A DNA stretch of 64,000 bases from Mobula hypostoma (Eukaryota), in assembly GCF_963921235.1 (NCBI RefSeq), contig NC_086108.1, positions 70,744,001-70,808,000 on the forward strand. The letters run 5' to 3'. The stretch's first letter is position 1. Each line of letters begins with the position of its first letter. The notes beneath the pieces were generated by a model. The model saw only the letters and a list, made by a program, of their open reading frames with translations. It was not told where the DNA came from and ran no database searches. Of this stretch, positions 51,523-64,000 are shown piece by piece. Both the position numbers and the translations under genes were made by a program.

Positions 51523-52783
51523 GATGGGATTAATGTAGATTGATATTTGATGGAGTGTCTATAGAAAAAAAATTGTCTATTTATTTTCAATAATTGTAAG
51601 TTTTCTTCTTTAAAAAATCACAAATTAGTACATACTTAACAACTCTTAATGTTGGAAGGTTACATGAACGACCACATGTACTTCAGACATAAAACGTCCT
51701 CCTCATTAGCAAAAGGGTACACGCTCAGAACAACAAAAACTTTTTCGGGTTTTAATTCCTTTATCTGTTTTTGATGTTTAAGTGCCAGCAGAGGGTCGTG
51801 AAACAAAACGAACGAATTTACAACCAGTTCTTGCCATTACAATCTCAGTTTAACTTCCGATTCACACCCTTGTGTATGGACAGAACTGCGTATGCAGTAT
51901 AAAAATACCAGAACTAATACGGTACAAGTACAGTACAAATACGGTAGTGGCAATCCTGAAGGAACACAATACAAACAACATTAGAATCCCACCCACCCTG
52001 CATCTTATACATAACAGCGAAAAATGTAAGTGAATACATCTCATCTAAGACGTACACATGTGCTGAACTTCCGACCAGAGACTAAACATTCACGCTACGC
52101 GGTTACATGCACAATCAGTCCCGATACAATAAAGTTAGACAAAAGGTACACTTTGGCACAACTTTTACAAGGCATTGCCTGGTAGTTAAATAACAGGAAG
52201 ACTGACCTACTTGGTTGGTGAGGAACTTTGCCCAAGCCAAGCGATCCAGCGTTGAGTCATTCACTTGAGAAAATCTAAAGCATCCACATGTAAAACATGT
52301 CAAATTACCAATATTCTCAATCCGCCAACAAGCATGAACAAATTCACATGGATATTGTCAATTAATGCTCACCTTTCCTCACCATGCTCAGCACAATCTG
52401 GCGGAACTCAATTCCAACACCCCAGTGCGTCTTCAGCAGAAAGCAAGACGGTCTCCCCACTGTCCCATGCGTGCGTAATGACATCACTGTCTCCCTTAAA
52501 GGCACAGGCACCTATTCTAGCATTACCCAGGTGGATGCCTAAGTACACTTTTAACGATGCTGAATAAGATATGACAGTCACCCGGTTACAGATGGGATTA
52601 ATGTAGATTGATACTTGATGGTGAGTGTCTACACAAAAGAAAATTGTCTATTTATTTTCAATAATTGTAAGTTTTCTTCTTTAAAAAATCACAAATTAGT
52701 ACATAACAACTCTTTCCTTAATGTTGGAAGGTTACATGAACGACCACATGTACTTGAGACATAAAATGTCCTCCTCATTAGCA
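51523..52783. repeat. ~190-bp direct repeat (51523-51711 and 52591-52783) flanking an 879-bp LTR-like insert
   Basis: Both copies run gatgggattaatgtagattgata...tcctcctcattagca. The insert ends ...cccggttaca (TGTAAC start on the minus strand). Confidence 0.85.
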
Positions 52784-53029
52784 TATTTCCATGCTGATCA
52801 AATTCCTGACTTTCTGGACTCTGTCGAAGTTGCATTCTATTCACGTGTGATCGGCAGGATAACAAGTATTACCGCTAAAACATGACCAAAACCTTTATGG
52901 AAAGATCATCATAGTAATAATTATATCTGTAGTATTTGATTAATGTTCTCCTTAATTTACACTGGAATGCGTTTACCTTAAGAGTCATATTTATATAGCA
53001 TGCAAGTAAGACTTTTTTAGTGTATTATT

Positions 53030-53570
53030 ATTATTATGTGTACAGAGTTGCAGTATAAAAAACTTTTGTCTGTGTGCCTTCCAGGCAAATCATAAGTGCA
53101 TTGAGATAGTAAAAAGACAACAGAATGCAGAATAAAGTGTTGTAGCTATAGTGAACGTGTTGTCCAGGTAAACTAATACCTCGCCACAATGAAGTAGATT
53201 TGGAAATTAAGAATTCATCTTTAGTGTATGAGAGGCCAATCCAGAATCTGATAATGCAATGGAAGCTGTCTTTGAATCTGGTGGTATGTGCTTTCAAGCT
53301 TTTATATGTTCTGGCTGACAGGAGGGAAGAGCTGAGAGAATGATTGGGTTGGGAGAGGTGTTTGATTATGTCAACAGGTTTCCGGGGCAGCAGAAAGTGT
53401 GGATACAGTCCATGGTAATGAGGCTGGTTTGTGTGATGATCTGAATTGCATTCAGAGTCTGAGCAATTTCTTGTGAACCTGGGCAGAATAGTTGTCAAAC
53501 CAAGCTGTGTTGCATCCAAAAAGAATCCTTCCTATAGTACATCTGTAAAGGTTGGTAAGAGTCATTCAAA
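53030..53570 (-). mobile_element. Degraded Rex1/Babar 3' fragment
   Basis: SARTYKSLKAHTTRFKDSF C-terminal motif and 3' UTR. Confidence 0.7.
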
Positions 53571-54539
53571 ACAAAATCACAATTAAATACAGTATGTGAG
53601 GCACAATGGCATGCTGACTATCCCTATCAGTGCTTTGTTTTGAAATGCTTGTGGGTCCTGGCTCATAGAATCTGTTCTAGTAACCTTCCCACCTCTGATG
53701 TTCGGCTCACTGATGTGTAGTTCTATGGCCTGTCATCGCAATCCTAACGCACCACGTTAGCAACTCTCTATTCTCCTACTACCTCACCCGTGGCTACAGA
53801 TGATAGAAATTTCTCTACAAGGGCCCCCACAATTGCTTCCCACAATGTCCTATGATACACCTGGTCAGACCTTCAGGTTAATCCACGTTTATGTGCTTTA
53901 ATACAACCAGCACCACCTCTGTTGTAGTGTGCATATGTTCATCACTATTCTCTTCCCTCAATTCTCTAGCTTCCTTTGTCATAAAACATTCATCTGCTAT
54001 GTTACTTCTAAGCATTTGAGTCAAGTAAAGTCTGATCAAAGTGTTTTCTGGTAAAAAATTCTTCTTTTACTCTATTAATTAGCTCCTTCAATTTATAATT
54101 TTCGAAGAATACTTGGGTCTTTTAGCCCTATTCTAGGAAATATCTTGCACTTATTAAGATGAAAGGGTAGTGAGTATGAATTTTCATCTTTTCCCACCTG
54201 AATTTCACATTCTTTGTTCTACTGCTCTATAGAGTAACCATGCAAAAGTCAATTGATTCCTGGAAGATCATTACTAATGCCTCCACAATCTCTTCAAGCC
54301 ACCTCTTTCAGAACTCTGGGATGTACAACATCTGGTCCAGGTGACTTATCTAACTTCAGACTTTCAGTTTCTCAATCACCTCCGCAGTAATGGCAACTTC
54401 ACACCCTTCTACCCCTCGCACTCCTGCACCTCCAGCATACTGCTAGTGCCTTCCACAGTGAAGACTGATGCAAAGTACTTATTCAGTTTGTCCGCCATTT
54501 CCTTGTCCCTCATTACTACATCTCCAGCATCATTTTCTA

Positions 54540-55300
54540 AGGTTCAATTTAATGTCAGAGAAATGTATCCAATATACATCCTGAAATGCTTTTCTTCACA
54601 AAAACATCCATGAAAACAAAGAAGTGCCCCAAAGAATGAACGACAGTTAAACGTGAGAACCCCAAAGTACCCCCCCAGCTTCCCCCTCCAGCGCATAAGC
54701 GGCGGTGAGCAACAATCCCCACCGACAAAACAAAAAGCGCACCCGCTACTGAGCACAAGCATGAGCTAAGCGATAGCAAAGACACAGGCCTTACAGTTAC
54801 CCCAAAGACTATCACAATTCATCCGGCATTTGGCAACCCTAATAAGGGAGAGGGAAGAGTTCCCCATTTTCACAGCAAGTGGGAGACATAACATGTTAAA
54901 AAGTCTGTTTCATCGCTTTTTACGAGCTCTGTGCCCGAAGATCGCAAAGATCTCGGGCCTTCGGGCCCACAGTGAAAGATTTTCCAGCCTCCCTGATGAC
55001 ACACAAGTCTCCAGCCATGACACCGACCCTCAATCCGCCCATCTCCAGAGCCCCAACATCTTAGGCTTCCAAACACTAGGCCACCTCTCAGGCCAATCCC
55101 TTGGTGTGCTGAACATCGGCTGGTCCTGAAACTCCAAGAACAGGTCCCATTCCTGCAAAGAACCGAAGTCAGCATGTAACTCCAGGTCCGGGTCTTTGAA
55201 AGAACCCTGAAAGGGAAAAATAAAGATATTAAAGATGGAAGTAGAGCTGTTTCCGAAGACGCAAGCAAAGGAGTCACTGTTTAGTGCCATCTTAACTCCA
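54540..55300 (-). mobile_element. Non-coding, non-autonomous retroelement (AAGATGGC start, Rex1-like tail)
   Basis: Minus strand starts gagttAAGATGGCactaaac and ends ctgacattaaattgaacctt. It interrupts CR1 ORF2 and has no recognisable ORF. Confidence 0.55.
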
Positions 55301-56264
55301 CCTCTGTCTCCAGCAGTCTATTATCCATTCTCACCTCTCTTTCACCCTTCAAAGAAGCTTTTGGTATCCTCTTTAATATTATTGGCTAGCTAACTTTCAA
55401 ATTCCATGTTTTCCCTTTTTTTTAAGTTGCCCTCTGGTATTTAAAAGCTTCCCAATACTCTAAATTCCCTCAAATTTTTGCTTTATTATATGCCCTCTCT
55501 TTGGCTTTTATGCTGGCTTTGGCTTCTCTTGTTAACCACAGTTGTATCATCCTGCCTTCAGAATACTTCCTTTTTGGGATGTGTACCCTTCTGAAATGCT
55601 CCCAGACATTCCAGCCATTGCTGCTCTGCCGTCGTCCCTGCCAATATTCTTTTCCAATAATTTCTGGCCAGCTCCTCCCTCATGCCTCTGTAATTCCCTT
55701 TACTCCACTGTAATAATGATGCATTTGATTTTAGCTTCTTCTCAAATTGCAGGCTAAACACTATCATATTATGATCACTTGTCCCTAAGAGTTCCTTTAC
55801 ACTAAAGTAAGCTCCGTAATCAATTCCAGTTCATTACACAACACCCAATCCATAATTGCTGATCCCCTAGTGGGCTCAACCATGAGCTGCTCTAAAAAGC
55901 CATCTTGCAGGCATTTTAGAAACCCACCTCGTTCTGGAATCCAGCATTTTCCCAATCTACCTGAATATTGAAATCCCCCATGATTATTGTAACATTGCCC
56001 TTTTGGCATGTATTTTCTATCACCCATTGTAATTTGTAGACCTTCAGTCCTGTAGATTTTGACCGCCTTTTACATTGCATCTCAACCCCTGTTGACTGCA
56101 ATTTTGTCCTATCATCAGTCCGTCCTTGCTGGCAGTCTCACTACACACTACATCTGTTTGTAAATCAACAAACCCATCCTCAGCACTATCATTCTGGTTC
56201 CCACCCACCTGCCAAATTAACTTAAACCCTCCTGAACAGCTCTAGCAAACCTGCTCGCAAGGAT

Positions 56265-56899
56265 AAGAAGGCATATGGTGTATTGGCCTTCATCAATCAT
56301 GGAACTGAATTTAGGAGCCGAGAGGTAATGTTGCAGCTATACAGGACCCTGGTCAGACCCCATTTGGAGTACTGTGCTCAGTTCTGGTTGCCTCACTACA
56401 GGAAAGATGTGGAAACCATAGAAAGGGTGCAGAGGAGATTTACAAGGATGTTGCCCAGATTGGGAAGCATGCCTTATGAGAATAGGTTGAGTAAACTCAG
56501 CCTTTTCTTCTTGGAGTGACGGAAGATGAGAGGTGACCTCACAGAGGTGTATAAGATGATGACAGGTATTGATCGTGTGCATAGTCAGAGGCTTTTTCTC
56601 AGGGCTAAAATGGTTGACACATGAGGACACAGGTTTAAGGTACTGGGGAGTAGGTACAGAGGAGATGTCAGGGGTAAGTTTTTTACTCAGAGAGTGGTGA
56701 GTGCGTGGAATGGGCTGCCGGCAACGGTGGTGGAGGCAGATACGATAGGGTCTTTTAAGAGACTTCTGGATAGGTACATGGAGCTTAGCAAAATAGAGGA
56801 CTATTGGTAAGCCTAGTAATTTCTAAGGTCGGGACATGTTTGGCACAACTTTGTGGGCCGAAGGGCCTGTATTGTGCTGTAGGTTTTCTGTTTTTCTAT
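56265..56899 (+). mobile_element. Young HER1/CR1 3' fragment
   Basis: MLQLYRTLVRPHLEYCAQFWLPHYRKD; 3' UTR near-identical to 10951-11335. Confidence 0.92.
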
Positions 56900-59489
56900 G
56901 ATATTGGTCCCCCTCGGATGTCCCTTTTGTATAATTCATAACTTTCCCAGAAGAGATCCCTATGATCCATAAATCTGAACCCCTGCACCAGTTCCTCAAC
57001 CATGCATATAACTGCCAAATACTCCTATTCTTGCCCTCACTGGCACGTGGCACAGACAACAATCCAGAGATTTCTACTCTGTAGCTCCTGTTTTTCAGCT
57101 TTCTACCTACAGTGGGTCCCTAAAATCTCTCTTCAGGACCTCCTCATCCTTCCTACCCATAGCATTGGTGCTAATGTGTACCAATTCTCCTGGCTGCTCA
57201 CCTTCCCTTTGAGAAATCCATGGGCCCAATCTGAGACATCCCTGACCCTGGCACCTGGGAGGAAACATCCCATCTGGGTGTCTCTAACGAGCTCACAGAA
57301 TCTTGTCTCTGTAATGTAGGAATGGGGACTGCTCTGTCGACCAAAACTCTTGTTTGGACTTGTAGTTTGTGGTCTTCAAAGACTCCTTTCCCTAATGGTG
57401 CATAGGCACTACACAGGCGGTGGTTGATCTTTGAGCCGATATCTGCTTTTGAGGAGACAATGCTGCCAAGCTATTCAGGTTTTTGGGTAACTTGATTAAT
57501 CTGCCATTAAACCTGCCCCTGCCCATGGATAAAGGTCTGTAAAGAAGCTAATTCCAAACATCCACAGCGTGAAGGTAAAAACAGGTATCTCTGTGTAAAA
57601 TTAGCCGGTTAGGCTAAAGTTTGGATGTTAATGGCTGTTTTTTTTTATGTACTAATCGATATTAAGAATTTGCAGTTTTATTGGTTACGTTCAGTTTAGT
57701 AATCTTGCACATTCAATTTTATACCCAGCAGCTTCCTAAGATGCAACTTTTGTGCATTAAAAGAACTTAACTGGCATGAGGATTTAAATCACATTCTGCA
57801 GATGGTGTACTCGTTTCCAGAGTAACACATGCAAATTGCTGGAGGAACTCAGCAAGTAAGGCAGCATCTATGGAGAGGAATAAACAGCCAACATTCTAAG
57901 CTGAGACCCTTCCCCAGGACAAGTTCCTCTTAAAAGGATCAAGTTTCTAATAGCTACTGTACATGAGGCATAGCTTCACTTCAAGCTTCTGACTTTACCT
58001 CGTTAAAGTGTTATACATGATAACTAAGAATAAATTTATTACTTAGAGAACCATTCCTTTCTGCTTGAGTGGAGAGGTTTATGGGATTACCAGTGTTATG
58101 AATTGGCGATCATTAATTTTCTGTCCACAACTCTTGGTTTAACTATGAACAAAGTGGCGCATATGACACCTTGCCGTCTATGGGGTATTCTAAAGGTGGA
58201 TCTGTTCCGACAAAAAAGAACAGAATTTTCCAAGTGCATTTTGACATAGAGCAGGTGGATCTGAACCTGTGCCTCCTGATCTCCCTACATGGTGGAGTCG
58301 GAGTCTGCTGAGTGCAACAGACTTGATGTCATTATTATGCTGTTTGTTGACTTGTATTTTCAATGCCTCTTGCTATAAAACTCAATATTCCATTTGATTT
58401 CTTAATGGACAGTGCTGTGGACAATGGCTATAATTTTTTTAAGTGAGTTATTTCTATAGAGTATTCATGAAATAGAGATCTTCTGTTCGTCCATGCATTA
58501 GGCTCAGTGCATTAATGGGAACACTTGAAAAGCCTGACCCAGCTGGTAGGTATTATACAATCTCATTGGAAAACATTTGCTTTCCATTCGTAGAGATGCT
58601 CTAATACTATTTTCTCATGCCAGATCTTTGATATATACAGGACGTATGTGACTCCAAGGATGAGAAGGCAAAATTAGGAACAAGAATAACCCATCCTCTG
58701 AATTGTACCTTCTGCTCCATTCAGTTGGAGTGTGGTTTATCTGCACATCAATCCATCTTTGTTTTGCCTTTAAATACTTCTTCCAGCATCTAAAGCTATT
58801 TGGATGAGAGTTTCATTATCTGTTGTGTAATTCCCCACACCCACCCCTGACTTTATTTTGCTCCTGATTAGATTTCCTATAATTTTAAGATGATGCCTCT
58901 TTAGTTCTTGATTTCTGCTAGAGAGAAAAGATCATCTTTATAGGCAGCTGTGCACAATTTTCAGAAGGTAATGTAGTGCTACCACCTACTGGAAAAGAGT
59001 ATCATGTTAAATCCTTGCAAACATAAGTGGAAATCGCTAAAATGCCAATTTCATTAAATTTAAGAACTCAAAATAGGGAAAAAATAATATTTTAAGTATT
59101 GATATCACTATCAATGCCAGCAATTAAATAAGAAAGAACAAATTAGTGTCAATAATGGTGACAACAAATCCACCTGATTGTTTTATAAATTTACGATTAC
59201 TCCTGTCTAGCTTCCAATGTGACTTTTAACTACCCTCTGAAATGGTCAAGCAATCCCGTCACAACTGAGGGCAATGAGGAATGAACAACAAATCCTGAAT
59301 GTATCTATGACATCTACATCCTGGTGAAGAATTTAAAAGTTTAATGCTATTTTTTTGAATTATTTAGGCATGAAATTTGATTCCAATTTGCATCCTCACC
59401 TTCATATGCTTTTGGAAGCCAGGTTATTGCAGTCAATAAAATCAGAGCTGCATGTACCGGCAGATTCCATCATCAGACATAGGAGCTGG

Positions 59490-62400
59490 AGATTAGGGGA
59501 TATGTTTCATGGAATGGACGCTGGTGGACTCGTGATGTGTGCAGGGGATGGAGTTGTGACTACAGTTATTTGTTATTTATATCGATGATTTGGATATGAA
59601 TGCATCAGGCGAGATCAGTAAGTGTGCAGATGACATAAAATTAGGAAGCCTCGTTAAGAGTGAAGAAGGTTATTGTAGGTTACTTGATCAGTTAAGAACA
59701 TGGGCCAAGGGATGTCAGGCAAATGGATTTCAATACAGATAGGTGTGAATTGATGCATCTTAAAAAGACAAACAAGTGTAGCACTCACCGTGAGTGGTAG
59801 GGCACTAGGGAGTGTGGTGGCAAAGAGGGGCTGAGCATACAAGTGAAGTTTATTGAAAGCAGAGTCACAGGTGGATAGGGTGGTGAAAAGGGTGCTTAGC
59901 ACACTGGCCTTTGTTATTTTGTAATCCAAAACATAAAATTAATTTAAAGAAAAACAAAGGAGCTGGGAGATGGGTGTTTCTCTTTTTACTTAAATCGAGG
60001 CGCACGCTTATGTTGTGGTATGCTAGTCATATAACCCTGTAATGAATTATATAATCAACAAGGAATACTTAATCAAACAATACATTTACAATATTACTGA
60101 AGTATTAAATACACACAAATATATATGGTATTCTATGTAATGCAACTACTATAAAGACATCCACAGCATAGTAAATCATAGTAATCCCATTCAGGCCTAA
60201 AGACTTAATCGCTGTGGAGGATTTCTTACTCTTGTGGGATAATGTCTTTCCTGACAAGGGAGACAGGGTCACTCCCAGGGATGGAGAGGCGCTGGTCTTG
60301 GCATCTTCTGGATGTGTTGGCGTCCCGAACCATGCATGACAAGCTGCTTGATCTGATCTATCCCAGGCCACCAGACAAAGCTTCAAGCCAATGTTTTCAT
60401 TTTGACCATGCCTTGATGACTTGTGTAATCCTTGTGTGTCAATGGTGTGACATACAGTAAGTGATGTTTGGTTTAAAGAGCTCACACATGTTGTGTTGTG
60501 CTCTGAGCCCATAATCTTCTAATCTTTTTAAAACAGTCTTGAGATTTTTGGGGCTGTTCCTTGCTTCCTTACTTCCTTACTGGTAACAATAATGACATCT
60601 AAGTAACACTGAGAGCCTGGACATCCTTGCAGCACCTGGTCCATAGGTTGCTGTCAGAGTGCAGGTGCAGATGCTACTCCAAAAATAAGCCTATTATAGC
60701 GATAAATCCCTTTGAGTTTTTTTTATGATGAGAAACACTTTGGACTCTTCTTCTTCCATCCGTAGGTAGGCTTCAGCTAAGTATACTTTGTGGAAGAGTT
60801 TCCCTCCAGAAAGCTTTGCAAAATATCCACTATCCTGGGTAGAGGATATTGATCTACTTTCAGTACTGGTTTGATGGTGACCTTTAAATCACCACAGATC
60901 CTGGCAGACCCATCTTGGCTACTGGGATCACTGGCAATGTCCATAGGCTCCACTCAACCTGCGAAAGAATTCCTTCAGCCTCCATGTGATCTAACTCACT
61001 GACTACTTTATTGTAGATTGTATAAGGAACTGAACTGGCTTTTTCATTTAACACTATTTTACCTTTGATATGTTTGACTTTTCCAATGCCATACCTGAAC
61101 ACTGCTGTGGCATCAGCCAGAACCTTTCCGAATTCACTTTCAGTTGACACTGCAGGGATCAATTTGTAGTTGTCTCAGCCAATCACATCCCCAAATGCTG
61201 GCCCTAGTGTTTTTACCACATGGTCAATGTGGCTCGTTGGTTATTGCATTTCACCGTTACGAATGTTATTGCCACAGGAGTTACCTTTTCTCCACTGTAA
61301 GTTCTTAGTTGGATATCTGCAGGCTCCAGTTCGGTTACTTTGAAATGCCATTCAGACTCATTTTGTAGAATGATTGAAACAGTGAAGCCAGTGTCCAATT
61401 CCATTTTAATTAATTTGCTGTTCACTTCTGGTGTAAGCCACATTGCTTGTCTCTTGTTAGTTTTCATGTTGTAACTCTCTAGGTTACTCAGTCCTGTGTC
61501 ATTCTCATCATTATCAGATTTTGCATTAACAGCATGCAGATTAGTGCTCTTTATGAAACTGCAACTTGACATTTTATCTTTTTCTCTTCCCTGTGCAGTC
61601 CATTTAGTTTTGTCTGCTCAACATGCTCTTTGTATGTGCCCTTCTTTATGGCATGTTCTGCAAATTTTGCCATTAAACCTGCATTAGTGTGGTGTATGTG
61701 AGCCCCTGCCACAACTGTAATACAATTTGTTTCGCCAGGCAGGTTTCTGTTTAGATGTTGCAAGTTTGTTCTAGCTCAGTTTCATTCCTGAGTGCAACTC
61801 AATTGTGTCTCAGTCTGCTGTTTCCATTGATAGAGTGATTTCACCTGCTCTTTTAAATGTGAGTTCTGCTTTAGTTAGGAGCTGTTTTTGATCTTTTTTT
61901 TAAAAAAAAAGATTCCACAAAATAAACTACCTTTCAGTACATCATTAAGCCCAAAACTGAACTGACAATGCTGAGACAATCTCTTCAATTCTGCCATGTC
62001 TGCTGAAATGGACTCCCCTTCCTTTTAATTTCACTTATGAAACCTAATATGTTCTGCTATCAACAATGGTTTTGGTTCTAAATATTCCTGCATTACTTTC
62101 ATGATATCAGCAAGTCTCATTTCAGCTGGTTTGGTTGGAGGAATCAAACCTCTGAGCAAATTGTATGCTTTTCCACCTATTACACTCAGCAAAACTGGTA
62201 CCCAGCTCTCATTGGCTATTTAATTTGCTTTAAAATACTGCTCAATTCACTCAGTAGACATCAGCCAGCTATTCTTTTTGTGTAATCTACATCTATCTTT
62301 TGGATGCAGCCAGCCATTTCTGCTCTCTTTTTTTAATTGATTATCATCACCTGGTACTCGCTGTTTATGAACCTGTGAATTCATCCGTTTTCTGCCTTTT

Positions 62401-63272
62401 ACTGAACTTGAATGACCCACCGTGTTTTAACAGGTAGGTAGCGGACTCTGGTTTATTTAGTACTTCCTCATCACCAACATAACTCCAAAATATAAAACTA
62501 ATTGAAAGGTGCGTGTCTTAGTGCGGCATGTACTCATGACATGGTGGCATAATGGCATATACCATTCAGGTACTTTTACATATAACGGTAATGAATTATG
62601 TAATCTACAAAGAATGCTAATCCAACAATATATTTACAATATTACAGAAATATTAAATACACAACAGCCTTCAGCTGTCATGCGCTGAGTACAGAGGTTT
62701 GACATTATGTTGCCGTTGCACAAGTTGTTGGTGAGGTTGTTCATGGAGTATTGTGTGCAGTTTTTGTCACTATTATAGGAAAGATGATGTTAAACTGGAA
62801 AGAGTGCAGAACAGATTTACTGTACTAGGATGTTCCCGGGACTTGAGGGACTCACTTATAGGGAAAGGTTTGGTAAGCTAGGTCTTTATTCCTTGGAATG
62901 TAGGAGAACATGGGATGCTCTTATAGAACAGCTTAAAATTATGAGAGGGAATGATGGGGTGGATGGTAATAGTCTTTTCTCCAGGGATCCAGAACTTAAG
63001 GGGTATAGTGTAGATAAAGGGTGAGAGGGGGAAGATTTAAAAGGGACCTGAGGGGCAACTTTTTCATGCGGAGAGTGGTGAGTATATGGAATGAGTTCCA
63101 GAAGTGGTTGAGGTATGTACAACAGTCTCATTTAAGAAGCACTTGCATAGTTACATGGAGGGCGAGACTAAGGAGGAGTATGGGCTGAATGCAAGAAATT
63201 GGAACTAACTGGGTGGGCACCATGATCGGCATGGATTCATTGGGCTGAAGGGCCTGTATCTGTGCTGTACTG
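59490..63272 (+). mobile_element. Degraded CR1 LINE split by a Gypsy insertion
   Basis: SKCADDIKLG near 59620. The sequence resumes after 62671 with CVQF..RKD..KLERVQNRFT and the 3' UTR. Confidence 0.8.
59912..62666 (-). mobile_element. Gypsy LTR retrotransposon, internally deleted and decayed, 5-bp TSD
   Basis: TSD GCCTT at 59907-59911 and 62667-62671; LTR-like repeats ~59912-60117 and ~62478-62666; PBS-like TGGTGATGAGG (62466-62476, minus strand); protease MELDTG; RT YNRLIFGVASAP and CYLD. Confidence 0.88.
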
Positions 63273-64000
63273 CTAATGTTAGAAGCCTGAAACTTACTTG
63301 TGGATGATATCAGGTAACTGTAGTAATGTAATTCCTCATTTAATATTTTTTTGAAATCATTCTGCGTGTGCAGGTTCTGAGCTAATTGACCTAGTGTTTC
63401 TTCCAATGAGATTTGTCCAATGGTATGTAGGAGTTGGAAGGCTGCTGAACATCTGCTGAGGCACTTGAAGTGATCAGAGGGGACGTTTCTGCGGAGTTCT
63501 GGGCTTTGAGAATCAGGTTGTAGGTTGCAGTGTTTGGGTATCAGCAAGCTTATTCAAGAACCTTCAAACCCACCAAGATTGACTCCAAAAGTGGGGAGGC
63601 TTTCATAAGCCTGACCCATGAAGCTGGACCTCTGTACTAATTCCCCTGAGTAAAAAGCAAGTTTATGGGAGTACTTAAGATCTAGAGGCACCTGTCCATC
63701 TGGAAGCTGTCAAGCTGCCCAGTGTTCCTGAAAAGATGAAGCATGCACCAGACCTTTCTATGAAAGATCAAGAGATGTGGTGTGTTAGGTACTGCAGAGA
63801 GCTGGAGATGGAATCCAAACTGACGTAGGACTGTTACAAATTCACAGACATCCATTCAGGCCCAGAGATATGTTTTGTTGTCATCCATTTGCTGAAAACT
63901 TTTATGGATTCCATACAATTTAGGGTGGGAATGAGGCCAAAGTACCTAAGATTGAAGCAGAAAGGCCAGGACTGGGGGGAGGACAGTAGGGGAATCCAGA

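Larger units (their letters stand above)
54245..57310 (-). mobile_element. Old CR1-type LINE with nested insertions
   Basis: IIMGDFNIQVDWEN, DGFLEQLMVEPTRGSAIMDWVLCNE and WSKGNYRGMREELA; ORF1-like QLYAWLRNWCR near 56960-57010. Confidence 0.8.

Noticed and set aside
4000..64000. Exons of expected syntenic neighbours such as COA7
   Set aside because: I recognised no matching peptide by eye; short exons could have been missed without tBLASTn.

Overview
Eukaryotic DNA, repeat-rich and almost certainly from an elasmobranch (shark or ray). It carries HER1/CR1-type LINEs, an HE1-type V-SINE, Rex1/Babar LINEs, Penelope-like elements (PLEs), HERO-clade RLE retrotransposons, BEL/Pao and Gypsy LTR elements, and DNA-transposon remnants. 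The only host gene I can support is the 3' half of SHISAL2A/FAM159A (+ strand, coding exons 532-671 and 3807-3985). The rest is intergenic and mostly nested transposable elements. The most interesting signals are at the RNA level. (1) The 3' UTRs of two HERO-type retrotransposons with dissimilar sequences (48478-48593 minus strand; 43304-43406 plus strand) contain all three hammerhead-ribozyme core segments in a non-circularly permuted order (cleavage triplet, then GAAA, then CUGANGA), with the same set of helices built from different sequences. (2) PLE terminal repeats carry minimal type I hammerheads, including two intact copies on the arms of a young fold-back PLE insertion with a 14-bp TSD. 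Other oddities include a 34-bp minisatellite bracketed by a 132-bp inverted repeat, and a ~190-bp direct duplication around an LTR-like insert. Family assignments come from motif recognition by eye, with no database searches; boundaries of old, degraded repeats are approximate.
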